DNA of 36,617 nt, taken from positions 1-36,617 of the forward strand of contig JAEOTQ010000089.1 in assembly GCA_016839785.1 (NCBI GenBank), read 5' to 3'. The first letter of the stretch is position 1; each line of letters starts with the position of its first letter. Below the pieces are notes generated by a model. It made no database searches, was not told the DNA's origin, and was given only the letters and a program-made list of their open reading frames with translations. The translations under genes and the position numbers were made by a program. This DNA comes from Candidatus Hodarchaeota archaeon. GTDB taxonomy: Archaea > Asgardarchaeota > Heimdallarchaeia > Hodarchaeales > Hodarchaeaceae. Positions 9,942 to 18,438 of the stretch are shown piece after piece.

Positions 9942-10106
9942 CTTATCCCCTCATTCCGATCCTCTACCCGCTTATATTCCTCCTTCCTATTTTCTGTTTC
10001 TTTGGAGCGCTCCTTGTGTCATTTTTTATTTTTTTCTGCGAGTTTATTTTTGTTCTGGGGTGATTATATAGTTGTTCCATTATCTGTTTTAGAGGGATTT
10101 TGTCCT

Positions 10107-10859
10107 ATGAATAATTCTCCTTCTCCAATGGATCACTCTGCTCCCGAGTCCTATCGCCATTGCGTCTTCCGACACTTTGAATCGATGATGGCTACCTCCC
10201 AGGCCTCCCTTTTTTCGGGAATGAATCAATTCCCATCTAAGGACGGGAAATTATATCCTGTTGATGCTTTCATCCAGACTTCTGATAGAACTTTGATCCT
10301 TGAAATTCGATCTGATAATCAATTGGTGAGTACGGATATTTCTTCAATCATTCAAGAGAGACTTGATCCTTTAAGCAAGGACTTGGAGATTATCGCTATT
10401 ATCGAGAGTAAGAATGGGTTTGAAGCACTGATTCCTGCTTCTCTACCACCTGTGGATTATCCGCTCATACTCACTCATCAAACTCATTTAATTGCGTCTA
10501 ATTTTAAAGATATTCCAGCTGTCGACGGTTTTAGTTTTCTTGGGCACCTTTTCGACCTGGCTATGACATCTAGTCATACGAGTCATAATTGGACTGAGGA
10601 ATATTATGAGCTGTTAGCTTTCGTTAAGGATGGAAATGTTCGGGAGGCTGTTTTTGCTGCTCTCTCTTCCTGCCCTAAATATGCCTACGAGATTGCTCGG
10701 GAGCTCAACGTCCCTGCTCCTTCGGTGTGTCGTGCCCTCTATTCCTTAAAGAATAAAGGGTTAATATTTTGTCTTAATCCAAAGAGCAAACGGAAGAAAT
10801 ATTATCAATTAACTGCCAAAGGACGATTCCTTCAGAGTGGAAAGCCTCCTAATCTTTAA
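10107..10859 (+). CDS. PD-(D/E)XK-like fold + C-terminal ArsR-type wHTH protein
   Basis: YPVDAFI......LILEIRS resembles a nuclease D...ExK motif (K->R). C-terminal R.AVF.AL...PKYAYEIARELNV..PSVCRAL.SL..KGLI....YQLTAKG wHTH. Start placed at ATG 10107. Confidence 0.7.
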   Translation: MNNSPSPMDHSAPESYRHCVFRHFESMMATSQASLFSGMNQFPSKDGKLYPVDAFIQTSDRTLILEIRSDNQLVSTDISSIIQERLDPLSKDLEIIAIIESKNGFEALIPASLPPVDYPLILTHQTHLIASNFKDIPAVDGFSFLGHLFDLAMTSSHTSHNWTEEYYELLAFVKDGNVREAVFAALSSCPKYAYEIARELNVPAPSVCRALYSLKNKGLIFCLNPKSKRKKYYQLTAKGRFLQSGKPPNL

Positions 10860-10926
10860 AGAGAGTTCTTTGATGTATTTTGACACAGAGATTCCTGACT
10901 TGACTTGTTACTCGCTACTTTTATCC

Positions 10927-10942
10927 TCACAGCTAGCTGTGA
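10927..10942. promoter_or_regulatory. Perfect 16-bp palindrome
   Basis: TCACAGCTAGCTGTGA is its own reverse complement. Confidence 0.5.
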
Positions 10943-10993
10943 ACTAGCTTTATACTTGCTTTATGCCTCCCACATCATTATCCTGTGAACCTC

Positions 10994-11047
10994 CTGTTAT
11001 TCATGAGTTATGTCCTTGTTATGCATCTGTTATGCTGGATTTATATA
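10994..11047 (+). promoter_or_regulatory. Four GTTAT direct repeats at 11-bp period followed by TATA box
   Basis: GTTAT starts at 10996, 11007, 11018 and 11029; TTTATATA at 11040-11047; gene start at 11168. Confidence 0.6.
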
Positions 11048-11167
11048 ATACTGGGAGATTGTTGGATTAAATCTAAAATGGCTATGACTGTACCTCAAGA
11101 GTATCCGATCTGTTCATTTACCCTTCTTAAGTACTATTATAGCGTTTTTCCTCTGGTGAAATAAATA

Positions 11168-14100
11168 ATGAAGCATAATCTAAACAAAAAACTATCCCTA
11201 GCTAAGCTGGTAGCGGTTACATTCTCATTAATACTTATAGGGTCTGTTTTCGCACTTCCCATGGATTTTTTACAACCATTATCACAAACTAGGAATATAG
11301 CTGTAAATTCCTTACGTACACTGTCTGAACCAGAAAATATTCAGGTTGAAGACGTAAGGTCTAATCTCGAAGACCCGATCATAGATCAATTAGATACAGG
11401 GTTTCTTCCTCTCCCGGAAGGCATACAAGAAGCCTCTTTTCCCAAACAACGAGTTCTTCCGCCTATTGCTGATCCGACAGGAAAGACCCCAGGGTATGAC
11501 ATTCCTCCAGACACGGACTATTTTGAACTCCTGGCGTCTCGGGATCACACCTCCCGTCACTGGTATAATACTACCAGTCAGACATATACCTACCAATCAG
11601 ATTCCTTGGTCCATCAACCAGGCATTGTGGAAACAACCAACTGGGTGACCGAGGAGGAATACCCTCAACGCTTCATCCTCAAATTGACCAATGGTACTGT
11701 CTATTCCTTTTCTACGCCACTGGCAATGATGAATGGGATTGCAGATGTGGTGAATACATCGATTTGGGGAGTAGCCTTTGATTCCTTTCATGGCATGATG
11801 GGTTTTTATCTTAACTTTGCGGATACGACCTGGGGCCATGGCCAGTATTTATATTATCCACGCTTACAGAATTGCTCCTTACCGATGATCCCTCTCTATG
11901 CGATTTATCCTCATCTCTATGTCAAAGTAGGAACTTCTCTTTTCGATAAAATCCTGAATGATCGGTCGTTGTATTCTCTGCCCTCTCAGAACCCTCGTAA
12001 TACCCTTCAGTTCTTCCAGATCAACGATACCTGGGGAATGAAGTTTTCCACCCCTGAGATCAACATCTTCGGCAGTACCTGGAATGTCGTCCATGGGTTC
12101 AAGTACAATCAGACCGATGGGCTTTTCCATATGATTAATGAGATCGAATGTCTTACTCACGACTTTGACGACATTGGTTTTGCCTATGAAGTCACCAGTA
12201 CCCCCCAAACGGATGGGACTGCCTATCAACCCGCTCACTTTCTTTTCTCAAATGAGACCCATCAAGTCCTGAAATCAGTTGTTGATGTGTGGGATGCAGG
12301 AACTCTCTTGACTGATTTTTCCTCCGAAGTTGAACTTTTTTCCGAGAATGAACAAACCCACATCGGATTTACCTTTGAGGATATGGAACAAGCTGGCTTT
12401 ACTCAGAAATACCTGAATCTTCACAACCAACAATTACCTGATGGAAATTTTCGAAAAACTCTACGCTTTGGGATGTATGGGTACGGAGTATATACCAAAG
12501 GTACACAGATCGAGATTGACCCTAGTCCTTGGACTAGTCAATATGAAACATGGGATCTATTTCGCCTCTATGGTGACACTTCTGGCTGGTATACTACCAA
12601 TAATTACATGCGTGTGGGGCGGGATGATACTTATGAACCAGGTCAAGGCTGGCTTGATGTTTATTACGATTGTTTTTTTGCCTTCAATACTGGCCTTTTT
12701 TCCTATGTTGATTCTATTTGGAATGTCTCTCTCCGGTTGTATGCCTTTAACAATTATATGGAATCAGGGGAAGGGGTAAGTTCGGCACTCTATAACATTC
12801 ATGGCAATTTCGATGATAATTCTGCGAAAGAATATAGTAAATCTTTTAGTGAGCTGAACAAATCCTCTCAATCTGCTGTTTTTACTGGAACAGGGACGGG
12901 TTGGCAAACTATGGATGCCGCCAAAACTGCGAATCAACTGAATAATTGGGCTGATTGGCGGCATAATAATGTCAGCTATCTTAGTTTCCGACTTTACGAG
13001 TATGGTACTGACGCCCGTACTACCGATACTGTTGATTTTCGTGAAAACTCCTATGCCAATTATGAACCCGAACTAGCTTTTGAGTATAATACTTCGACTC
13101 CAGTGATTTCTGGTATAATTCAGGATTCGAGTAATACTACCCTTTCTGGTGTACAATTGGATCTCTATGACGAGTACAATGCGTTCCTAGCTTCAGACAC
13201 CACAGATGTAAATGGGAGCTATTCCCTAGAAATTACTGCTTCCAATTATCAATATCGCCTTTGGGCCTGGCATACAAGTTATGTAACGCAAAATATCGAC
13301 TTTATACCAACCACGAATCAAACTTGTAATTTCACTCTCCAAGCCGAGACTGTGCCCTCTTGCAGTCCTTCGACAGGATATAACAACCCCACTGTATGTT
13401 CTGATGAGTATACTGGATGGGTTTCTGAAAGTAGTGTCTGTGACAAAGGTGGTTCTTACGCTATTGGGATTAATAGTACGGCATTTATTCGGTGCATGGA
13501 TTTTACTTGGAATATTCAAAATGTTCCCATTCAAGGTGTCTACGTCTATCTTCACTGGAAATCCGTGGTTGATGATACGATTCGGCTAAAATTACTCTGG
13601 TTAGGAAGTAACTCAGGTTGGTTGACTCTTGATGCTCAGAGTTCTTGGGGATTAAGTAAAGTTAACTTTACAAGTTTCACCTCTTGGACCCCAGCCAAAA
13701 TTAATAGTGAAGTTTTCCATATACAGGTAGATAAAGTTACCAATGGAACATCAGAACCTATTTTATTAGATTGGGTCAGTTCGTGGGTAGAATATACCGA
13801 AATTCGTGTAACAGAAATTGATTCTTACTATTCTGTGAAAGGAGGGGCAAATCAATCCTTCAAACTGAAATTTAAGAATTTTGGTACTCTGACGAGCGGA
13901 GGGGAAACAGTGGATGTGAAAGTGAAACTAGAGGCCCTTGATTATGATAATTATCATACTTGGGTATATAAAAATTTTTCATTCCCCATTGAATCTCTTG
14001 ATCCAGGGGAAACTACCGAAAACTATAGCTATGCCTCTTTACCTCAAATTTTCCAAGGTTACACGGATCCAGGATGTACAACGTGGGATGGTTGGTTTGC

Positions 14101-14938
14101 CATGAATATTGGAGATTATAATATCACAGATGTATTTATCTCTACTGATACCTGGAATTCTACGTCTGGTACTACGAATGATGGATTTTATGTAAAATTT
14201 TGGCAAACACATAGAGTCTTTGTTGCAGCGATTCTGTGTGATGATATCACTCCCTCATTTGCTGAAAACTTATTTTCCGATCTTGAGACGAACGATAATT
14301 TTATTACTTTGAATGGAACCAAGATAAATGGTTCCTGGATTGGTACTTGGGAAAACACAACTTTTACTGATCAATTTTCAATAGATTTTGTCGTTATACC
14401 TTTTGAATCCTCCTATAACACTTCCCTCATCAGCACAGAGATGTGGAAGAATAGCACAAAGAAATTCACAAAATATGAAGCGAAAAACCAATTAGGGTTA
14501 ACTAATAATTGGACTGATCATAGCGGGATATCAAATGATAATCAAGGGTTCGATTTAATCCTTTGTTTGATCAATACTTCAGATGTCGAGACTAATCCTT
14601 ATGGAGATCTGAATCGGATTTTCATGAATTATGCAGGAGGATCAGGAACTTGGAATTCACGAACGCTACTTCATGAAGTAGGCCATGTTTATATGCCTGA
14701 TAGATCGGATGATCATCTCACATATAATCCCATTGCTGTATATAACGCATCGGAAGATAAGTGGTATTATAACCTCACGTATCGCTGTGGGAATTACTCA
14801 GGTAGTCCCTATGGAGGGTATGGTACAGGATATATCATGTCGATGCATGTAAATGGCTTTGCGACTTGGTTTTTACATCCTGAAAATGAATCTGAGATTG
14901 CTCTATATGCGGATCTTTTTGATGGGCCTCCTGAATAA
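11168..14938 (+). CDS. Large exported multidomain protein with DNRLRE/WapA-like N-terminal region, carboxypeptidase-regulatory-like domain and C-terminal zinc metalloprotease (metzincin-like)
   Basis: Signal peptide; EL...R....R.W.N....T......VH and IEIDPS motifs; 'DFRENS.....PEL.FEY'; ISG.I.D.....LSGV.L.LY.....TTD.NGSY; TLLHEVGHVY......H plus YIMS Met-turn. Confidence 0.75.
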   Translation: MKHNLNKKLSLAKLVAVTFSLILIGSVFALPMDFLQPLSQTRNIAVNSLRTLSEPENIQVEDVRSNLEDPIIDQLDTGFLPLPEGIQEASFPKQRVLPPIADPTGKTPGYDIPPDTDYFELLASRDHTSRHWYNTTSQTYTYQSDSLVHQPGIVETTNWVTEEEYPQRFILKLTNGTVYSFSTPLAMMNGIADVVNTSIWGVAFDSFHGMMGFYLNFADTTWGHGQYLYYPRLQNCSLPMIPLYAIYPHLYVKVGTSLFDKILNDRSLYSLPSQNPRNTLQFFQINDTWGMKFSTPEINIFGSTWNVVHGFKYNQTDGLFHMINEIECLTHDFDDIGFAYEVTSTPQTDGTAYQPAHFLFSNETHQVLKSVVDVWDAGTLLTDFSSEVELFSENEQTHIGFTFEDMEQAGFTQKYLNLHNQQLPDGNFRKTLRFGMYGYGVYTKGTQIEIDPSPWTSQYETWDLFRLYGDTSGWYTTNNYMRVGRDDTYEPGQGWLDVYYDCFFAFNTGLFSYVDSIWNVSLRLYAFNNYMESGEGVSSALYNIHGNFDDNSAKEYSKSFSELNKSSQSAVFTGTGTGWQTMDAAKTANQLNNWADWRHNNVSYLSFRLYEYGTDARTTDTVDFRENSYANYEPELAFEYNTSTPVISGIIQDSSNTTLSGVQLDLYDEYNAFLASDTTDVNGSYSLEITASNYQYRLWAWHTSYVTQNIDFIPTTNQTCNFTLQAETVPSCSPSTGYNNPTVCSDEYTGWVSESSVCDKGGSYAIGINSTAFIRCMDFTWNIQNVPIQGVYVYLHWKSVVDDTIRLKLLWLGSNSGWLTLDAQSSWGLSKVNFTSFTSWTPAKINSEVFHIQVDKVTNGTSEPILLDWVSSWVEYTEIRVTEIDSYYSVKGGANQSFKLKFKNFGTLTSGGETVDVKVKLEALDYDNYHTWVYKNFSFPIESLDPGETTENYSYASLPQIFQGYTDPGCTTWDGWFAMNIGDYNITDVFISTDTWNSTSGTTNDGFYVKFWQTHRVFVAAILCDDITPSFAENLFSDLETNDNFITLNGTKINGSWIGTWENTTFTDQFSIDFVVIPFESSYNTSLISTEMWKNSTKKFTKYEAKNQLGLTNNWTDHSGISNDNQGFDLILCLINTSDVETNPYGDLNRIFMNYAGGSGTWNSRTLLHEVGHVYMPDRSDDHLTYNPIAVYNASEDKWYYNLTYRCGNYSGSPYGGYGTGYIMSMHVNGFATWFLHPENESEIALYADLFDGPPE

Positions 14939-14994
14939 CCCCCTCTCTCCTTTTTTTTTCGCAATATTTATATCTATGATGAAGTGTTGAGCTT

Positions 14995-15702
14995 TTGAAA
15001 TCTATGAATACTTCAATGATAATTGATAAAATATTGAATATTCGATTACACACTTTCTTACTCTTCATTTCTACTGGTTTGATCCTATTCCTCCCCGTAA
15101 CTTACATATCCCCATTAGAAGTTTCTTCTATTCCAAATATTACAATTTACACCTACTCAATTACCAATACGACTGTATCTCAGAGGTTATATGAAGATAG
15201 TGATGATGTTTCCTATCTGGGAAGAACTTGGAATATCTCCATTTCCCTTAACACTAATTCCACTACTAACATAAATTTTACCTTTGGAGCAACATATTAT
15301 TCTAAATGGGAAGGACCAAAGTCTTTTACCCTTATTCCTGGAGCTACCATTCACGCAATTTATGTTCAACATTTTGTTACTGATGCTGTTGGTCACTGGT
15401 GGTTAGACTATTCTCTTAGTAATTCTTCTAAGCATGGTAGCGGAATATTTACGATTCAAATGACCAATCCAGGGTATTATGTTTATCATGGTTTAGGTGA
15501 GGTCTATGCTAGCAATATCACTGCCTGGTTAGAAACAGGTAGAAACTCTAAATCGACTTCTGATACCACACCCATCACCAACAGTTCGACCATGACCACA
15601 GACACAACTAAAACCACAACTACCGCTACTCCTGTGAGATTTATGACTATTGTCTTAGGTATAACGATTATCTTCGTGCGTCGAAGAAAAGGGAGGATAT
15701 AA
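14995..15702 (+). CDS. Exported protein with Thr-rich linker and C-terminal TM + basic tail
   Basis: N-terminal hydrophobic helix, beta-rich domain with many NxS/T sites, TTTTATP linker, TM, RRRKGRI. Confidence 0.75.
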   Translation: MKSMNTSMIIDKILNIRLHTFLLFISTGLILFLPVTYISPLEVSSIPNITIYTYSITNTTVSQRLYEDSDDVSYLGRTWNISISLNTNSTTNINFTFGATYYSKWEGPKSFTLIPGATIHAIYVQHFVTDAVGHWWLDYSLSNSSKHGSGIFTIQMTNPGYYVYHGLGEVYASNITAWLETGRNSKSTSDTTPITNSSTMTTDTTKTTTTATPVRFMTIVLGITIIFVRRRKGRI

Positions 15703-16330
15703 GTTCACTTGTGATTTCAACCATTGAGTAGATCACACAAGATTAGTTTATTATTATGTCCGATCTAAGAGAGTCAAAATATCTGATGAGCTTATTCTCC
15801 TTTGAATTATTGTCTCAGGTGCAAGTTTTGTACTAGACTCAGGCTAGAATGATGTGGTACCCCTGCTTTTCTCGTACAGGAGAAAGAAAACGGAAAAGGG
15901 TATGCTTTTCTTGATCATAAAGGGAGTTTTTTTGTTGACCCTGAGTACACCTACACCTGCCTTCTAGTCAACAGCTAGATTTCCTGCCCTTTTCCCTTCT
16001 TGCCATGATCAATAAATTTAAAGTCTGAGTATGCATAATTTTTTCATTCTCAGTAGGTGTAACTAGTAACTTTCATTCATCGAGAATGTCTGAATGCATT
16101 TTAGGAGGATCTTTAGTGATAAATCGAAAAGCAACCTATATTGTTGTCTTAAGTGATACTCTTGATTTTGGTTCCTCCTCTTGCGAGTTCAAGCCCAAAC
16201 CCGTGCTTAAACCCCCTCCCAAGGAACCTCTTCAAGATTCTGAAAGAATCTGTGATGTGGAATATCGTAATACGTTTACTCGCTTACCTATCCGCTAGGG
16301 ATTCTTTTTCTTTTTTCTTCCTTTTTTCTT
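15703..16330. other. Long, densely structured non-coding interval (candidate ncRNA)
   Basis: Stems TTGATCAT/ATGATCAA, GTTGAC/GTCAAC, CATTCTC/GAGAATG, AGATTCT/AGAATCT, and a two-stem hairpin at 16170-16228 with three G-U pairs on the minus strand. Confidence 0.4.
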
Positions 16331-16331
16331 C

Positions 16332-16985
16332 TCAATGCTGTACCTGGATCACACAGATGATACTCGACTGATCTATTTCTTCTATTGTAGCTGAAAGTTG
16401 TAAAGTGTCAGTTAACTTCTGAAATTCTTCTTTAGAAAACGTCGTTGCCGTAAACCCATCTTTACAGGTTATTACCCCATTTGTGGTCTTCTCAAAATCA
16501 ATGTCGCCTACTAGTCCCTCTTGGCTCTGTTGGATAAACCATTGCAATCGTTCTTCCCAGATGTTGTCTGAATAGCTCGCTAGGATTATCTTGCCCCTGG
16601 GTTTCGTTACACCTAATGCTTGAGCAATAAGTAGCGTGGGATCGATTTTCATGGCCGAGATAGCATTCTGAATTCCCAAAACTACGTCAAAGGTTTTAGG
16701 TGGAAATTTTATGTTTCGTGCCGTCATAAAATGTAATTGGATATTGGACATCCCGTTCAGATAGTCCGTTGCATACTCTAGTGAGGCTTCTGAAATATCA
16801 ATGCCAACTACTGTTTTTGCTTTTTCTGCTATTCTTTTCAGCACTCTTCCATACCCACATCCGAGTTCTAGGACGGTGTCCGTTGAATGTATATGGGTTA
16901 GCACATATTCTATTTCTGCATTCAAGTATTGTTGAATTCTAACAGGCGCGGTTTCGTATGCGCGTTTGAGTTTTCGAGCAAACAA
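16332..16985 (-). CDS. Class I SAM-dependent methyltransferase
   Basis: VLELGCGYGR motif I, VVGIDIS, TFDVV, KPRGKIIL. Confidence 0.9.
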   Translation of the reverse strand: MFARKLKRAYETAPVRIQQYLNAEIEYVLTHIHSTDTVLELGCGYGRVLKRIAEKAKTVVGIDISEASLEYATDYLNGMSNIQLHFMTARNIKFPPKTFDVVLGIQNAISAMKIDPTLLIAQALGVTKPRGKIILASYSDNIWEERLQWFIQQSQEGLVGDIDFEKTTNGVITCKDGFTATTFSKEEFQKLTDTLQLSATIEEIDQSSIICVIQVQH

Positions 16986-17033
16986 TGTTTTTGAGTAATA
17001 CTGGTTTTTTTCCAGCTTTTTTGGGGGAATGGT

Positions 17034-17576
17034 TCATTCTCTCCATGTGAAGAGGGGTTCCATTCCTGGGCAGGCAGTATTGCGATTGAATGAGCAGGTG
17101 TCACACAGCGCATCCCATTCTTTGGTTCCACTCTTAATGCGTTTGTAACTGATGATTCCATAGAATACAATTCCAATAAGCACTTGTATTACTTGGATTT
17201 CGAACGAAGGAGCTTTGATAATTGAATATATCCCCACGGCGATGCCTACACCTAATGATCCCCGAAAACTTATTCTTAATTTTCGATTAGAGGAATCAAA
17301 AGCAGAGATGTGAGTTAATCTTAACATTGTCGGTAAATATAAAATGATTGCCAGAATAATTAGTTCTCCCCATTCTAAAGGATGTAATATCCCAAGAAGT
17401 ATTATTATCGTTCCGAGAATAAATCCACTATATAATCCTGTACACCCTAAGCAAAGGCTCCATCCTTTGACTCTGAGTAGATGTTCTCGATATTGCCAAC
17501 AAACGGGGTGATGAGCTAATGAGTAGCGGACAAACCCCTTAACTTTTTCGGTTTTTGAGCTACTCATAACCCTCAA
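17034..17576 (-). CDS. DUF2085-like Cys-rich membrane protein
   Basis: HHPVCWQ...H......LCLGCTGLYSG followed by about four TM helices; C-terminal CDTC......CPG. Confidence 0.65.
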   Translation of the reverse strand: MRVMSSSKTEKVKGFVRYSLAHHPVCWQYREHLLRVKGWSLCLGCTGLYSGFILGTIIILLGILHPLEWGELIILAIILYLPTMLRLTHISAFDSSNRKLRISFRGSLGVGIAVGIYSIIKAPSFEIQVIQVLIGIVFYGIISYKRIKSGTKEWDALCDTCSFNRNTACPGMEPLFTWRE

Positions 17577-17594
17577 ACAGGATAGAAATAGACC

Positions 17595-17840
17595 TTAGTA
17601 CTGTGTTTTATATTCGTCTTGCGGGTGTTCAGCTAGCATATAATATATTAAAGCTGCTACGGGACTTAAACAACAGCAAAGTAATAGGCAGATTCCACCA
17701 TCATACTGGTGACGTGTTGAGACGTACACTTGTTGTGGAGCACCTGGTCTTCCTGCATCGGCGCCACCTTGTGTAGCACCACAATTTGGACAAAATTTTG
17801 CTCCCCCTGTTTCCGATCCACAATTTGGACAAAATGCCAT
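17595..17840 (-). CDS. Zinc-ribbon + Cys-rich TM microprotein (copy 1)
   Basis: MAFCPNCG......KFCPNCG zinc ribbon; ICLLLCCCLSPVAALIYY; start set by alignment to its paralog. Confidence 0.85.
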   Translation of the reverse strand: MAFCPNCGSETGGAKFCPNCGATQGGADAGRPGAPQQVYVSTRHQYDGGICLLLCCCLSPVAALIYYMLAEHPQDEYKTQY

Positions 17841-18045
17841 TGATTTTCCATTCCTATTAGTTTTATTCAAGCAATTGAAACTTCTGCTGATTGTTATCTT
17901 CAGGATTTAAGAAAGTTTGTGTGAAGGAATAAGTTTGATGAGTTTCACAACTTCATTTTGATAAAGGTCACCAAATGCGTTGCATTCGATTAGTACTGAT
18001 CATTAGTGTTGTACTTTCTGACATGATCTCACTAGAAATATTTTC

Positions 18046-18264
18046 TTAATGTTCTGTTAACATGTAATATATCACAGCTGCAACGGGGCTCAAACAGCAA
18101 CAGAGGAGTAGACAGATTGTATCATCATATTGGTGACGTGTTGAGACGTACACCTGTTGTGGAGCACCTGGTCTTCCTGTATATGCACCACCTTGTGAAG
18201 CACCACAATTTGGGCAAAATTTTGCTCCCCCTACTTCAGTTCCACAATTTGGACAGTAAGTCAT
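18046..18264 (-). CDS. Zinc-ribbon + Cys-rich TM microprotein (copy 2)
   Basis: Near-identical paralog of 17595..17840, ending 9 residues earlier. Confidence 0.85.
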   Translation of the reverse strand: MTYCPNCGTEVGGAKFCPNCGASQGGAYTGRPGAPQQVYVSTRHQYDDTICLLLCCCLSPVAAVIYYMLTEH

Positions 18265-18438
18265 TGTTTTTCCTTTCCCTGATCTTCGTTCATATTATTA
18301 AAACTTCTGCTGATTCTTGTCTTTATGCTTTAAGAAAGTTTGGATGAGGGAATGCTTCCAAGCAGACTTTCTCTTAATAATTTACAGTGTGTCTGTTTAG
18401 TTACCTATAATAACTTCTTAGGGAATACGAGTCACAGT

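Larger units (their letters stand above)
17595..18342 (-). repeat. Diverged tandem duplication including upstream promoter block
   Basis: Both coding regions align, and AAACTTCTGCTGATT..N..TTTAAGAAAGTTTG occurs at 17878-17919 and 18301-18342. Confidence 0.85.

Noticed and set aside
10994-11037. CRISPR array or replication iterons
   Set aside because: Units are only 11 bp with no spacers; no cas or rep gene nearby; position next to a TATA box favours an operator.
11390-13589. Many 60-120-aa ORFs within the 1256-aa gene
   Set aside because: Shadow ORFs of a long coding region.
15783-15830. Hammerhead ribozyme (CTGATGA)
   Set aside because: No stem II followed by GAAA at the required position.
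16170-16228. SECIS element in the methyltransferase 3' UTR
   Set aside because: No AUGA/GA core and no in-frame UGA read-through candidate seen upstream.
8564-16330. Provirus or transposon call for the accessory block
   Set aside because: No integrase, transposase, capsid, terminase or tRNA att site recognised.
16086-16371. Two short plus-strand ORFs (70 and 72 aa)
   Set aside because: No recognisable motifs; one overlaps the methyltransferase 3' end; the region is better explained by secondary structure.
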